A stretch of DNA of 64,000 nt from an uncultured Chloroflexia bacterium. Lineage in GTDB: Bacteria > Chloroflexota > Limnocylindria > Limnocylindrales > CSP1-4. Location of the stretch: assembly GCA_963828165.1 (NCBI GenBank), contig CAWHDR010000001.1, forward strand, positions 640,001 through 704,000, written 5' to 3'. Below, piece after piece: positions 38,648 through 48,915 of this stretch (positions within the stretch are counted from its first letter, which is position 1; every line of letters begins with the position of its first letter). The notes below the pieces were generated by a model that saw only the letters and a program-made list of their open reading frames with translations, was not told where the DNA came from and made no database searches. The translations under genes were made by a program, and so were the position numbers.

Positions 38648-40660
38648 GTGAGGTCGACGTCGAAACGCGATGCCCGCTGGCCCATCTTCGGGCGGGATGG
38701 CGACGGCGTCGCATGGCGGCCCGATCCGGCCGCCGCCAGGGCCTCCCGTCTGGCCGGGTTCCTGCGCGCCACCGGCGAGCGTTCTCTCGACAAGCTGCAG
38801 GCGCGCGCCGTCGCGGATCCCGGCTGGTTCTGGGGCGCAGCCGCCGAGGACATCGGCGTCGCCTGGGCACGTCACCCAGCGACGGTCGTGGACCTGTCGG
38901 ACGGTCCCGCGTGGGCACGTTGGTGGATCGGCGGATCGTTCGATTGGTCGTGGGCGGCGACCGGTCCGAGGGCGGCTCATGACCCCGACGGGCGGGCGAT
39001 CAGCTGGGAGGGCGAGGACGGCACGATCAGGGAGCTGACGAACGCCCAGCTCGCGGCCGATGTGGAGGCGGCCGCCCGTCGGCTGACCGAGCTCGGGGTC
39101 GGGCCTGGTGACCGGGTCGGCATCCTGCTCCCGATGCTGCCCGAGACCGTCGTGGCGGTCCTGGCGATCTCCCGGCTCGGCGCGATCTTCACCCCGATCT
39201 TCTCGGGCTACGCCGCTCCTGCGATCGCCGCGCGCCTGGTCGACTGTGAAGCGACACTCCTGATCACCGCGGATGGCTTCCTGCGACGTGGCGCGTGGGT
39301 CGATCTCAAGAGCGTCGCCGATGCGGCCGTGGCAGCGGCGCCGTCCGTCAAGCGGGTGATGGTCGTCCCACGCGCCGGCGAGGCCCTCGACGTTCCATGG
39401 ACGGTCGGGCGGGACGAGTGGTGGGGCATGCCGTCTGCCCTGGACGACGAGCCGGCTGGCCCCGGGCTCGTCGGCCGCGATCCCGAGACGCCCTACATGA
39501 TCATCTACACGTCCGGGACGACCGGCCGGCCGAAGGGCGCCGTCCACGTGCACGGCGGCTTCCCGATCAAGGCCGCCCAGGATCTCGCCCACACCTTCGA
39601 CCTGACCGACGGCGACGCCCTGTTCTGGTTCACTGATCTCGGCTGGATGATGGGGCCGTGGGCCATCGCCGGGTCGTTGCTGCTGGGCGCTCGCCTCGTC
39701 ATCTACGAGGGTGCTCCGGATCATCCCGGCCCGGATCGGCTCTGGGAGATCGTGGCGCGGCACCGCGTGACGCATCTCGGGCTGTCGCCGACGGTCATCC
39801 GCGCCGTGATGGCCCACGGCGAGGCGCCGGTCCGTGGCCACGACCGCTCGTCGCTCCGCGTCCTCGGCTCGACTGGTGAGCCATGGAACCCCGAGCCGTG
39901 GTGGTGGTACTTCCGCGAGGTGGGTGAGGGCCGCTGCCCGATCATCAACTACTCGGGCGGCACGGAGGTGTCCGGCGGGATCGTCGGCGGCAATGTCATC
40001 GGGCCGATCAAGCCGGCGAGCTTCTCGGGCCCGTGCATCGGGACCGCGGCGGATGTCGTCGACGAGACCGGGGCTCCGGTCCGGGGCGCTGTCGGCGAGC
40101 TCGTCATCCGGACGCCGCTGCCCGGCATGACCCGCGGCTTCTGGAACGACCGCTCGCGGTACGAGGAAACGTATTGGTCGCGCTGGCCCGGGACCTGGGC
40201 GCACGGCGACTGGGCATCGATCGACCGCGACGGCTTCTGGTACATCCACGGCCGCTCGGACGACACGCTCAAGGTCGCCGGCAAGCGCGTCGGGCCGGCC
40301 GAGGTCGAAAGCGCCGCCGTGTCCCATCGGTCGGTGCTGGAGGCGGCGGCCATCGGCGTGCCGCACGAGATCAAAGGGGAAGCGATCGTCGTGGTCTGCG
40401 TCCTGCGACCCGGAGAGACGGACGAAGACGCGCTGCGGAGCGACATCGCCGCGACGATCGCGGCCGAGCTGGGCAAGCCGCTCAAGCCTGAGATCGTGGC
40501 CGTCGTCCGCGCGTTGCCCAAGACTCGCTCGGGCAAGGTCATGCGCCGGGTGATCCGCGCGGCCTGGCTCGGCGAGGACCCGGGCGACCTTTCGGCACTG
40601 GACGATCCGGCTGCGGTGGCGGCGATCCGTGCAATGCGTCATCACCCGGGGGTGGGCTAA
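38648..40660 (+). CDS. Acetyl-/acyl-CoA synthetase (AMP-forming)
   Basis: YTSGTTGRPKG, INYSGGTE, HGD, GRSDD, LPKTRSGKVMRR; start approximate. Confidence 0.92.
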   Translation: MRSTSKRDARWPIFGRDGDGVAWRPDPAAARASRLAGFLRATGERSLDKLQARAVADPGWFWGAAAEDIGVAWARHPATVVDLSDGPAWARWWIGGSFDWSWAATGPRAAHDPDGRAISWEGEDGTIRELTNAQLAADVEAAARRLTELGVGPGDRVGILLPMLPETVVAVLAISRLGAIFTPIFSGYAAPAIAARLVDCEATLLITADGFLRRGAWVDLKSVADAAVAAAPSVKRVMVVPRAGEALDVPWTVGRDEWWGMPSALDDEPAGPGLVGRDPETPYMIIYTSGTTGRPKGAVHVHGGFPIKAAQDLAHTFDLTDGDALFWFTDLGWMMGPWAIAGSLLLGARLVIYEGAPDHPGPDRLWEIVARHRVTHLGLSPTVIRAVMAHGEAPVRGHDRSSLRVLGSTGEPWNPEPWWWYFREVGEGRCPIINYSGGTEVSGGIVGGNVIGPIKPASFSGPCIGTAADVVDETGAPVRGAVGELVIRTPLPGMTRGFWNDRSRYEETYWSRWPGTWAHGDWASIDRDGFWYIHGRSDDTLKVAGKRVGPAEVESAAVSHRSVLEAAAIGVPHEIKGEAIVVVCVLRPGETDEDALRSDIAATIAAELGKPLKPEIVAVVRALPKTRSGKVMRRVIRAAWLGEDPGDLSALDDPAAVAAIRAMRHHPGVG

Positions 40661-40715
40661 GGTAACGAGGCTTCCGCAACCGGCGGCACTCCGGGATTCG
40701 CACGAGGAGCAGCCC

Positions 40716-42818
40716 TTGCGCCGTCTGCTGACGCTCTCGATGGCCACCGTGCTCAGCCTATCGACGGTCTCCGTCGCGCTCGGTGCGGACCCCGGAGAGC
40801 TTCGAGAGCGCGACGCGGCCAAGGAGGGCCGAGCCCGGGCGGCAGAGGTCCTGGGACACAAGTCGGCTGACCTCCGTGCTCTCACGTACGACGAGCCCAT
40901 CACATCCGTCGGCGGGCGACGTTACTGGACCGGACTGTTCCGAGGGCCAGGTGATGAGCAAGCGTTCGTCGCGGTGGACCTCGCGTCCGGCGAGACCCTC
41001 GACGCCGCCGCCTACCAGGCGAAGGTCGAGCGGGCCATCAGTCGCGAGCCGAAGGTGACGCCGCCGGCCCGCTCGCGCATCGACCAGGCGAAGCGCGCCG
41101 GCGCCTCCCCGCTGCTGGCCTACGTCCTGGCACCCGTGGACTACGCCCCCGCGGTCCGGGCCGTGAAAGCCGCGCACCCCGAGGTCGAGTGGGATGGCGA
41201 TCGCCCGGTCGGAGACGATCTCGAGGTCCTCTCTGCGGTGAGCCAGGAGCTCATCCGCGCGAAGGTCAAGCTCGTGGCCAAACAACGAGGCCCGTTCATC
41301 GAGGAGGCGCAGCGCCGTGGGGCGAGCGACGTGGTGTCGCTGGATCTCGCGCCGATGGTCTTCGCACGGGTTCCGTCCGCGCAGGCCGATGCCCTCGCCG
41401 AGCACGAGTCCGTCCGCCAGGTCCGTGCGCCCGCCGGCTGGGAGCCCACCATGAACACGGCCCACAACGCGGTCGGGGCCAACTGGACCGACAGCAAGGG
41501 CTACACCGGCGGCGGCGTGGTCGTCGGCGTCGTCGAGTACGCACGCGTCGACTACTCGCGCCCGGGGCTTGGGGGCACCCGCCTCGACAGCTACCGGGTC
41601 AGCTCGACCGGACAGTCCTGCGTCCATGCGCGCGGGACCTACAACAACGCCGCGGCCACCAGCCACGTCAGCTGGGCCACGGCCATCGCCGTCGGGCGCG
41701 GCACGACGTACAAGGGCATCGCCAACGCCGCCCGGGTCGTCGACGTGTCGGCCGACTTCAATCCGACGTCGGATGCCGCAGATCCCCGGATCCTCAAGGC
41801 GGTCGACTGCGCGATCGTCGAGGGTGGCGCACACCTCGTCACGATGTCCCTCGTCCAGAACGACGCCAGTCGATTCTCGACCTCGAACGCCTACTTCGAT
41901 GCCGTCGTGTGGGACCACCATCGACTCATCGTCGGCAATGGCGGGAACAATTACGCCGAGTCGAACTCGCACTGCCCGGGGAGCACGGAGCGCGTCCGGA
42001 GCCCGGGGTCAGCATGGAATGTGCTGACGGTCGGCGGGACGTCGAACGACGCGACAAAGCTGTGGTATCGCGGGAGCGGGTCGGAGCCGTCGTATTGCTG
42101 GGAAGATCCACCCGGGCACGCGGGCGACGTCAATGATCGGATCAAGCCCGAGATCGTCGCCCCGGCCCAGAACGTCAGCACCTACTTCTTCAACGGAAGC
42201 GGCGTCTCGGCGTCCACGCCGATGGTCGCGGGCATCGCCGCGGCCCTGCTCGACCAGCGCCCGTCGCTGCTCAACTTCCCCGAACAGATGAAGGCGGTCC
42301 TGCTGGCTGGTTCGCACGCGCGCCACTCGCTCACGCCAGGCGGCAACCGCAGCGTCAGCGCGGAAGGACTCGGGACCGCCTCTGCGAAGTGGGCGAGCCG
42401 GGTAGCGGCGAAGGACACGTCGATCGACACCGGCGGATATGGCGGGATGACCTTCACGGGCATCGAGGACGGCGGCTGCCGGAGGATCGCGCCATCCCAG
42501 ACGATCCACTTCGAGGTGCCGTATGCATCCCGCAAGGTGCGCTTCGTGATCGACTGGATGGCGCACACCGGGAACGCCAACCCGAGCTCCGGTTCGACGT
42601 TCTCGCAGCGCTACGCAGACTTCAACCTCAAGGTGCGGAAGGGCGCGACCACGGTCGGCCTTTCGACGCGCAGCGCTTCCAACGTCGAGTGGGTCGACTT
42701 CACCGGCGCGGCCCTTGGCCCGGGCACCTACACGGCGGTCGTCAGCCCGGTCCGCTGGGGATGTTCGGTAACGACCGAGCCCGTGGGCTGGGCGTGGGTC
42801 AGCTTCACGACGCCGTAG
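40716..42818 (+). CDS. Secreted S8 (subtilisin-like) serine peptidase, divergent
   Basis: GAGGAG RBS plus TTG, signal peptide; GVVVGVVE (Asp site), SHVSWATAIAVG (His), GNGGN, KPEIVAP, GSGVSASTPMVAG (Ser). Confidence 0.8.
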   Translation: MRRLLTLSMATVLSLSTVSVALGADPGELRERDAAKEGRARAAEVLGHKSADLRALTYDEPITSVGGRRYWTGLFRGPGDEQAFVAVDLASGETLDAAAYQAKVERAISREPKVTPPARSRIDQAKRAGASPLLAYVLAPVDYAPAVRAVKAAHPEVEWDGDRPVGDDLEVLSAVSQELIRAKVKLVAKQRGPFIEEAQRRGASDVVSLDLAPMVFARVPSAQADALAEHESVRQVRAPAGWEPTMNTAHNAVGANWTDSKGYTGGGVVVGVVEYARVDYSRPGLGGTRLDSYRVSSTGQSCVHARGTYNNAAATSHVSWATAIAVGRGTTYKGIANAARVVDVSADFNPTSDAADPRILKAVDCAIVEGGAHLVTMSLVQNDASRFSTSNAYFDAVVWDHHRLIVGNGGNNYAESNSHCPGSTERVRSPGSAWNVLTVGGTSNDATKLWYRGSGSEPSYCWEDPPGHAGDVNDRIKPEIVAPAQNVSTYFFNGSGVSASTPMVAGIAAALLDQRPSLLNFPEQMKAVLLAGSHARHSLTPGGNRSVSAEGLGTASAKWASRVAAKDTSIDTGGYGGMTFTGIEDGGCRRIAPSQTIHFEVPYASRKVRFVIDWMAHTGNANPSSGSTFSQRYADFNLKVRKGATTVGLSTRSASNVEWVDFTGAALGPGTYTAVVSPVRWGCSVTTEPVGWAWVSFTTP

Positions 42819-43897
42819 GTTCGACCGTCAGGCTTCGACGCCCCCTGCCGCCGAAGCGCCGGTCGCGACTCGCCCCTCTCGCGGCCTCGTCCCTCGCCCT
42901 CGTGGCCGCGATGGTGAGTGGCTGTGGCCTGGTGGCCCCGACGGGGCCGGCCCATTCGGGAGGTTCGCCGACAGACCCATCCGCAAGCCCTCTCGCGCCG
43001 GTTTCGCCCACCGCCATCGACCCTGGTGTGGGCCGCCTCGTCTGGCTGGTCGACCGCGCCGGACGATTCGGCATCTGGACGACGGATCTCGCCGGCGCGG
43101 ACGTGCGCACGTACCGAGTGGGCCTCGACGAGGTCGGGACGGCGCTTCGTGACGCTCGGCTCGTCGGCGAGGATATCGTCGTCATCCGCGATGGGCCGAC
43201 ATCCGAGCTGTGGCTCCTGTCGCCGACCGCTCCGCCGAGGCTCCTGCTGGACAACGTCAATTCCTTCGTCCAGAGCGGCGCCCGGGAGCTGGTCGCCGTC
43301 CGGGACGTGGGCACGATACGGGCGATCTGGCGCGTACCCCTGGACGGGCTGCGGGCCTCGGTCCTCGCCGAGCTGCCCGTGCCCGACCACGGCCCGCAGG
43401 TGGGCCCGTTCGGGTTCGCGATCTCGCCGGACGGTCGGACCGTGGCCGCGGGCTGGGTGGGTGGACCGGTCGACGTGATCGGGCCCAACCCGTCGACGTT
43501 GCGTGACGTCGGCGCCCCGCTCGTCGTCGGGGACGATGGTCGGATCGTGGCGGTCATGGGCCGTGTCGGTGACGCCTATCTCCTCGAGGGCGACCGACTG
43601 GTCGACCTGGCGGCACCGGAAAGCGACCCATTGGCCGTGCCTGGTTCGGGCCTCGTCGCCTGGGTCTCGATCGGCGACGACGGCGCGCTCGACGCGGTCG
43701 AGGTGCGAGACCTCCTCGCGGGCACCAGCGAGACGTATCCGGCTGGCGGCATCGCGACGAACGTGGTGGCGCTCAGCGCGGACCACGTCATCCTGGAGGC
43801 CACCGCGTTCGACCCGCAGACGCGGACGATCGGCGTGGTCGACCGGCGCAGTGGACGGTTCGAGACCTTCGGGGCATCCGCGCCTGCGGCCGACTAG
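42794..43897 (+). CDS. Putative lipoprotein, beta-propeller-like
   Basis: Basic N-terminus, hydrophobic stretch, lipobox-like VSGC, FAISPDGRTVA. Start uncertain (GTG 42794 or ATG 42911). Confidence 0.55.
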   Translation: MGQLHDAVGSTVRLRRPLPPKRRSRLAPLAASSLALVAAMVSGCGLVAPTGPAHSGGSPTDPSASPLAPVSPTAIDPGVGRLVWLVDRAGRFGIWTTDLAGADVRTYRVGLDEVGTALRDARLVGEDIVVIRDGPTSELWLLSPTAPPRLLLDNVNSFVQSGARELVAVRDVGTIRAIWRVPLDGLRASVLAELPVPDHGPQVGPFGFAISPDGRTVAAGWVGGPVDVIGPNPSTLRDVGAPLVVGDDGRIVAVMGRVGDAYLLEGDRLVDLAAPESDPLAVPGSGLVAWVSIGDDGALDAVEVRDLLAGTSETYPAGGIATNVVALSADHVILEATAFDPQTRTIGVVDRRSGRFETFGASAPAAD

Positions 43898-44098
43898 CCC
43901 GCGCGGGCGAGGACCCCCGCGAGGGCGCCACGCGCCAGACGGCGACGAGCCGCCGCATCCTGCGGCGTTCACCGACAAAGGCCGTAACGGCCCTGTTACC
44001 GTGACCCCGAGGACGGCCGCCACGGACGCAGCCCGCGCTGACCCACGCTCGGCGTCAGCCGGCCATCCGGCCGATGCTGGATCTCGAGGGAGGATGCG

Positions 44099-44905
44099 AT
44101 GTCCGGAGTCACCGACTGGGGCGATGCCATATTCCTGGCGCTCACCAACGCCCTGAACTCATTCCTGAACGCGATCCCACAGGTGATCGGGGCCCTGCTG
44201 ATCATCATCATCGGCTGGGTGATCTCGAATCTCCTGGCTCGGGTCGTTCGCGAGATCCTGGAGCGGGCCGGAGCGGATCGGCTGTTCGCCCAGCACGGCG
44301 GCGCGGTCTACGGGTCGCGATCGAGCGCGTTCCAGCCGAGCGTGGTCGCGGCAGAGATCGTGAAGTGGATCGTCCGCTTCATCTTCCTCGTCGCGGCAGC
44401 CAACGTCCTCGGCATGCCGCAGGTCAGCCAGCTCCTCAATGAGGTGCTGCTGTGGATCCCGAACCTCCTCGTGGCGATGGTCATCCTGCTCGTTGCGCCC
44501 CTCCTCGCGCGCTTCGTCCGAGGCGCGATCGAGGTCGGAGCGGGCCAGATGGGCTTCTCGAATGCGCGCCTGCTGGGGATCATCTCCGAGGTCGCGATCG
44601 TCGCGTTCGCGGTGCTGGTCGCCATCAACCAGCTTGGCATCGCCGCCGACCTGATCAACATCCTGTTCATCGGCATCGTGGCGTCGCTGGCACTCGCGTT
44701 CGGGCTGGCCTTCGGCCTGGGCGGCCGAGAGGTCGCCGCGCGCATCACCCAGGATTGGTACGAGACCATGAGCAGCGCCACAGAGAAGGTGATCGAGGCC
44801 GCGAGCGCCGACGACCCGTCGCCGGCGTCCCCCGCGTCGTCTCGCTCACAGCAGGCCACCCCATCGGCCCAGTTCGAAGCGGAGCGCGGCCCCGACGCGA
44901 TCTGA
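44099..44905 (+). CDS. TM-helix repeat protein (CmpX/MscS-associated type)
   Basis: Repeated IPQVIGALLIIIIGW / IPNLLVAMVILLV, C-terminal ALAFGLAFGLGGRE; GGGAGG RBS. Confidence 0.85.
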   Translation: MSGVTDWGDAIFLALTNALNSFLNAIPQVIGALLIIIIGWVISNLLARVVREILERAGADRLFAQHGGAVYGSRSSAFQPSVVAAEIVKWIVRFIFLVAAANVLGMPQVSQLLNEVLLWIPNLLVAMVILLVAPLLARFVRGAIEVGAGQMGFSNARLLGIISEVAIVAFAVLVAINQLGIAADLINILFIGIVASLALAFGLAFGLGGREVAARITQDWYETMSSATEKVIEAASADDPSPASPASSRSQQATPSAQFEAERGPDAI

Positions 44906-44940
44906 CCCGCCGCACGGCAGGCTGACGGATCGAGGCCTCG

Positions 44941-46617
44941 TCAGCCGACCCGATCGAGCCCGCGAAGCGGATCGAAGCTTTCGGTCCGCTCGGCGACCGC
45001 ATCACCGCCGATGGCGCTTCGGCCAGCGGCTCCCTCGCCATGGTCGTCGCGACGCGGCGGCTCGCCGACGACCGCCCGCCAGCCGAGGTCGGCCAGGCGT
45101 TCCAGGGTGGCCATCGCCGCCGCGACCATCGCCGAGGCGTGCGCCTCGGCGGCGCCGCTCAGCGGTCCAGGCGTCGCGACCCCGGCGACGTCCGCCGCGG
45201 TCGCGGCGGCGGCGCGGGCCTCCGCAACGGCTCGTCTGGGGTCGGTATGCGACCGGCGGCGCATGACGATCGATTTCGTTCCGGCCCTGGCCAGCGCCGC
45301 GGCGAGGAGGTACGGCCAGGCCGCCACCGCGGCCGATTCCTCCTGCTGCTCGGACGGCTCGTCGAACCGCATCAGGTGGTCCGGAAACGCGCGGCGGCGG
45401 ATGACCACCTCGGCCAGGACGCGCGCCGTCGCAGCGGCCTCGTCCGCCAGCCAGCTCGGATAGGCCCCCACCGCGATCCGCTCGGCGGCGATCCCATCGG
45501 CCCGCGCGAGCGCGACGCCGACAAGCTGAAGGGCCAGCGCTCGACCCGACCGGGTCGCCACGTCCGACGGAACGCCAGAAGCGAGATCCGGCGCCACGAC
45601 CAGCGGCCCCGGGCCGATCGAGATGAGAGTGTCCGCCCGCCGGTGCAGACGCCGGGCGAAGGCGTGGTCCGCCAGCGCGCGATCCGGGTCGACGCCGCCG
45701 GCGACGATCTCGGCGACCGGATCGGCCTCGACGAGATCCACCCGTTCGAACGATGCGACGACGGCGCCCTCCGGTACCCCGAGTGGCGGGATCGCCATGG
45801 CAAGGCGCACATAGCCGCGCCGTTCTGCGGCGACCCCATCGGCGACCCGCCGGAGGCGGGCCAGGGCGCGCTGGCTGCCGGACGGGGCGGACTCCGCCAG
45901 GTCGAGCCCGTCGGCATCGCTCGCTTGACGTGCCGCGCCACTGCGGACGGAGCCCGTGGCCCGAAACGTGGATCGATCGCGCGGGTGCCACTCGGGCACG
46001 TCGAGGCCGGCGTCCTGCAAGCGATCGGCCATCTCACGGCCGATCGGGACCTCCACGCGGAGCAGGTCGTAGCCCGCGGCCGCGAGGACGGCGACCTCGT
46101 CGAGGGCCTCGTCGAGATCCGGCTCGGCGACCGTCGTGCCGAGCCACGGCCGGCGAGCCTCACCGAGCAGGTCCAGGAGTTCGCGCCGCGCGACGCGGTC
46201 CGTGTCCATCCGCTCGATCGCCGCGCCGGCCAGGCGGGCCGCCTCGGCCTCCGCGACGGCGCGTCGATCGGGTTCCCGCAGCAGCTCGGCCTCGAGGGCG
46301 AGGTCGACCGCGCCCGATGCGACGTCCATGGCGAGCTGTTGCGGCTCCAGGTCGTATTCGAGCAGCGCCATCGCAAAGGGCAGGGCCACCCCGCCGCCGA
46401 GCCCGTCGTGGGCGCTCGCGAGCCAGCGGTCGACCGCGCCGCCGGCGAGTGGTCGGCCGGTCCGGTCCAGGCCGTTCACCCCGAAGAGGCGCAGCAACGC
46501 ACGCTCCTGCCCCAGGGTGGTCGATGCTCGCGCGCGGGCGCCCCAGGCGCCGGCCAGCGTTTCGGCGCGATCGGCCAGCCGATCGATCGCATCGATGGCC
46601 GCGGCATTCGGACTCAT
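44941..46617 (-). CDS. Lysine 5,6-aminomutase alpha subunit (KamD)-like protein, divergent
   Basis: By memory, colinear with KamD: STTLGQERALLRLFGVNGLD..GRPL, GLGGG, PQQLAMDVASGAVDL, RGYVRL, PEGAVVASFERVD, DRALADHAFARR. Confidence 0.7.
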   Translation of the reverse strand: MSPNAAAIDAIDRLADRAETLAGAWGARARASTTLGQERALLRLFGVNGLDRTGRPLAGGAVDRWLASAHDGLGGGVALPFAMALLEYDLEPQQLAMDVASGAVDLALEAELLREPDRRAVAEAEAARLAGAAIERMDTDRVARRELLDLLGEARRPWLGTTVAEPDLDEALDEVAVLAAAGYDLLRVEVPIGREMADRLQDAGLDVPEWHPRDRSTFRATGSVRSGAARQASDADGLDLAESAPSGSQRALARLRRVADGVAAERRGYVRLAMAIPPLGVPEGAVVASFERVDLVEADPVAEIVAGGVDPDRALADHAFARRLHRRADTLISIGPGPLVVAPDLASGVPSDVATRSGRALALQLVGVALARADGIAAERIAVGAYPSWLADEAAATARVLAEVVIRRRAFPDHLMRFDEPSEQQEESAAVAAWPYLLAAALARAGTKSIVMRRRSHTDPRRAVAEARAAAATAADVAGVATPGPLSGAAEAHASAMVAAAMATLERLADLGWRAVVGEPPRRDDHGEGAAGRSAIGGDAVAERTESFDPLRGLDRVG

Positions 46618-46641
46618 GTCGCCAAGGATAGGGGCGCGCGT

Positions 46642-47484
46642 TCAGCCACCGACGGCCACGGCCAGCCGGTTCATCGCGAGGAACGCGCGAAAGGCCATCA
46701 GGGGGTCGTCGGCCGTGAAGCGGACGGTTCGGTCCCCGACCCGCTCCGCCCCGGGCAGGATCGCGGCGTGGTCGGCGAGGACGCCCAGCGCGAAATCGAT
46801 CTCCACGACGACCGGCGGCCCGATCTGGAGCGGGCGCATCTCGCCCGATGCGGCGCGCCGGACCGCACGCTCCGCGCCCTCGCGCACGCGGTCGGCGGCG
46901 ACCGAGGGATGCACCGATGCGGCGGAATGCCCGCCGTCCGCGGTCTTGACCACGACCCGCTCCGCCCAGGGCAGCCAGTCCGGCACCTCCTCGGCCAGCG
47001 CGTCGTCGCCGGTCACGAGACCCACCGGGATCCCCCAAGCGCCGAGGGCCAGGGCGTTGAGCCCGTACTCGCCCGTCGGCCGGCCGTCGAGGCGGGACTC
47101 GACCGGCGCCCCGGAATAGGTGTGCGCGATCGTGCCGCGCGGGTGGCCGGCGCGGGCGTGGTAACCGACGAAGAGGGCGACGTCGAAGCTTGCGCCACCA
47201 TCCGGCCCGGGTTGCGCACCCGCGACCATCGACCATGCCTTCTGGCCCTGGAGGATCGTCGCCTCGCGATGCATGTCCGCCGGCTTGAGGTTGTACATCC
47301 CGCCGTGACTGTCGTTGACGAGGACGCGCGTAGCACCACCCGACAGGGCGCCCTCGATGGCGGCATTCGTTTCGGCGACCATCAGGTCAACCGCCGCCGG
47401 GTACTTGGCGTCCTTGGACCCGGTCGGCGCCGGGTGGCTGATGCCGCCGATGCCCTCCATGTCCACGCTGATGTAGACCCTCAT
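46642..47484 (-). CDS. dppA: M55 family D-aminopeptidase (DppA)
   Basis: YISVDMEG, VNDSHG, FVGYHARAG, IAHTY, GEYGLNA, VTGDD. Confidence 0.93.
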   Translation of the reverse strand: MRVYISVDMEGIGGISHPAPTGSKDAKYPAAVDLMVAETNAAIEGALSGGATRVLVNDSHGGMYNLKPADMHREATILQGQKAWSMVAGAQPGPDGGASFDVALFVGYHARAGHPRGTIAHTYSGAPVESRLDGRPTGEYGLNALALGAWGIPVGLVTGDDALAEEVPDWLPWAERVVVKTADGGHSAASVHPSVAADRVREGAERAVRRAASGEMRPLQIGPPVVVEIDFALGVLADHAAILPGAERVGDRTVRFTADDPLMAFRAFLAMNRLAVAVGG

Positions 47485-48227
47485 CTCCCCTCCGCGCTCG
47501 ATCGCGCCGGGTGGCCGATCCAGACGTGGCCGTCGCTGAAGTGCTCGGCCTTCCAGATCGGCGCACGAGCCTTGGTCTCGTCGATGGCGTAGCGGGCCGC
47601 GGCGAACGCTGCGTCGCGATGGGGAGCCACGGCGACGACCGCGATCGACGTGTCGCCCAGCGGAACCGCCCCGGTCCGATGGACGATGGCCACCCGCTCC
47701 ACGCCAAAGTGCTCCGCGATCTCGTCGGCGATCTCCGCGAGGACCGCCAATGCCATCGATTCGTGCGTCTCGTACTCCAACGATTCGACCGCGCGGCCGG
47801 CGTGGCGGGCGGCCTCCGCCTCCTGGCCGGGCGCCGGTGTGCCCGGCGTGGCACGGGTCCGCCCGAGGAACCCCACGGCCGCCCCGTCCTCCGCGGATGC
47901 CAGACGCTCGGTCAGCTCGCCGAGGACGGCGGCGTCGAATGGGTCGGCGCGAAGCTCCAGGATGCGTATCGGCCCGGGCCGTCCCCCGCCCGAGACCGGC
48001 GGGATCATCGCCACTTCGTCGCCGTCCTGGAGCGCGGTCGTGGCATCCGCGTACGCCCCGTTGCGCGCGAACCGGACGAAGTCGCGGCCGGGGCCGAGCG
48101 CGGGGTACTGCTTCACGAGCGCGTCCCAGGCGTCCGCGACCGTGGCATCGGGCGACACGTCGAGGCCCACCTCGCGCGTCCCGGCGAGCTCGCGCTGGAC
48201 CGCGAACAGGCGGACCCGGATGCGCAT
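47481..48227 (-). CDS. Fused molybdopterin synthase MoaD-MoaE (MoaX-like)
   Basis: MoaD: VRLFA..RE, DGDEVAMIPPVSGG; MoaE: LEYE, HRTG, APHR..AF, DETKARAPIWKAE. Confidence 0.92.
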   Translation of the reverse strand: MRIRVRLFAVQRELAGTREVGLDVSPDATVADAWDALVKQYPALGPGRDFVRFARNGAYADATTALQDGDEVAMIPPVSGGGRPGPIRILELRADPFDAAVLGELTERLASAEDGAAVGFLGRTRATPGTPAPGQEAEAARHAGRAVESLEYETHESMALAVLAEIADEIAEHFGVERVAIVHRTGAVPLGDTSIAVVAVAPHRDAAFAAARYAIDETKARAPIWKAEHFSDGHVWIGHPARSSAEGR

Positions 48228-48231
48228 CGAG

Positions 48232-48903
48232 CTAGCCGTGCCACGTGGCGATGAGCAGCCCGTCCCCGACCGGCAGGATCGTGGCGGTGAACCGGTCGTC
48301 GCCGAGGACGCGCTCGGAGAACCGGCGGAGCGCGTTCGTGCTCGCGTCGTCGGGCTCCGTCGGGCGCGACCCTGAGACACGACCACTCCACAGGACGTTG
48401 TCGGCGACGACGAGCGCGCCCGGGGTCAGGCGGTTTCCGTCGACGAGAGCATCCAGATACGCCTCGTATTCGGGTTTGAGGGCGTCGATGAAGGCCATGT
48501 CGAACGGGCCGGCGAGTGCCGGTTCCGCCCCGTCAAATGCTTCGAGCGCCTTGGCCGAGACGACCGTGACACGGTCCTCGGCGATCCCGGCATCTCGCCA
48601 CCAGCCGCGTGCGAGGTCCGTCCGTTCGCGATCGGGATCGATCGTCACGATGGTTCCGCCGGCCGGCTGGCCCATGGCCATCCACAACGTCGAGTGACCG
48701 TACGCGGTCCCGACCTCGACGATCCGGCGCCGATCCCCCGCGAGCACCGCGAGCACACGACCGCTGTGACGGTCGACGATCGGCACGCCGAGCGGCTCGG
48801 CCGCGGCCTCGATGGCGAGGACCGCCGCCGGCGGCGGGACGCTGGTCGACTCGATCCAGTCGAGATCCTCCACGTCAGGGATCCAGTCGCGGTCATCCTT
48901 CAC
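48232..48903 (-). CDS. SAM-dependent O-methyltransferase (CCoAOMT/TrmR-like)
   Basis: EVGTAYGHS, FDMAFIDA.K, VADNVLWSG, PVGDGL. Confidence 0.92.
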   Translation of the reverse strand: MKDDRDWIPDVEDLDWIESTSVPPPAAVLAIEAAAEPLGVPIVDRHSGRVLAVLAGDRRRIVEVGTAYGHSTLWMAMGQPAGGTIVTIDPDRERTDLARGWWRDAGIAEDRVTVVSAKALEAFDGAEPALAGPFDMAFIDALKPEYEAYLDALVDGNRLTPGALVVADNVLWSGRVSGSRPTEPDDASTNALRRFSERVLGDDRFTATILPVGDGLLIATWHG

Positions 48904-48915
48904 GGGGCGTCTCCA

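Noticed and set aside
43898-44098. Possible riboswitch upstream of the TM-helix repeat gene
   Set aside because: Only short GC hairpins; no c-di-AMP or other recognisable consensus.
5890-47592. Many long antisense or alternate-frame ORFs (e.g. 5890-7563, 10144-12111, 18494-20686, 38594-40903, 45040-47592)
   Set aside because: Shadow ORFs expected at this GC content; they overlap well-supported genes and lack motifs.
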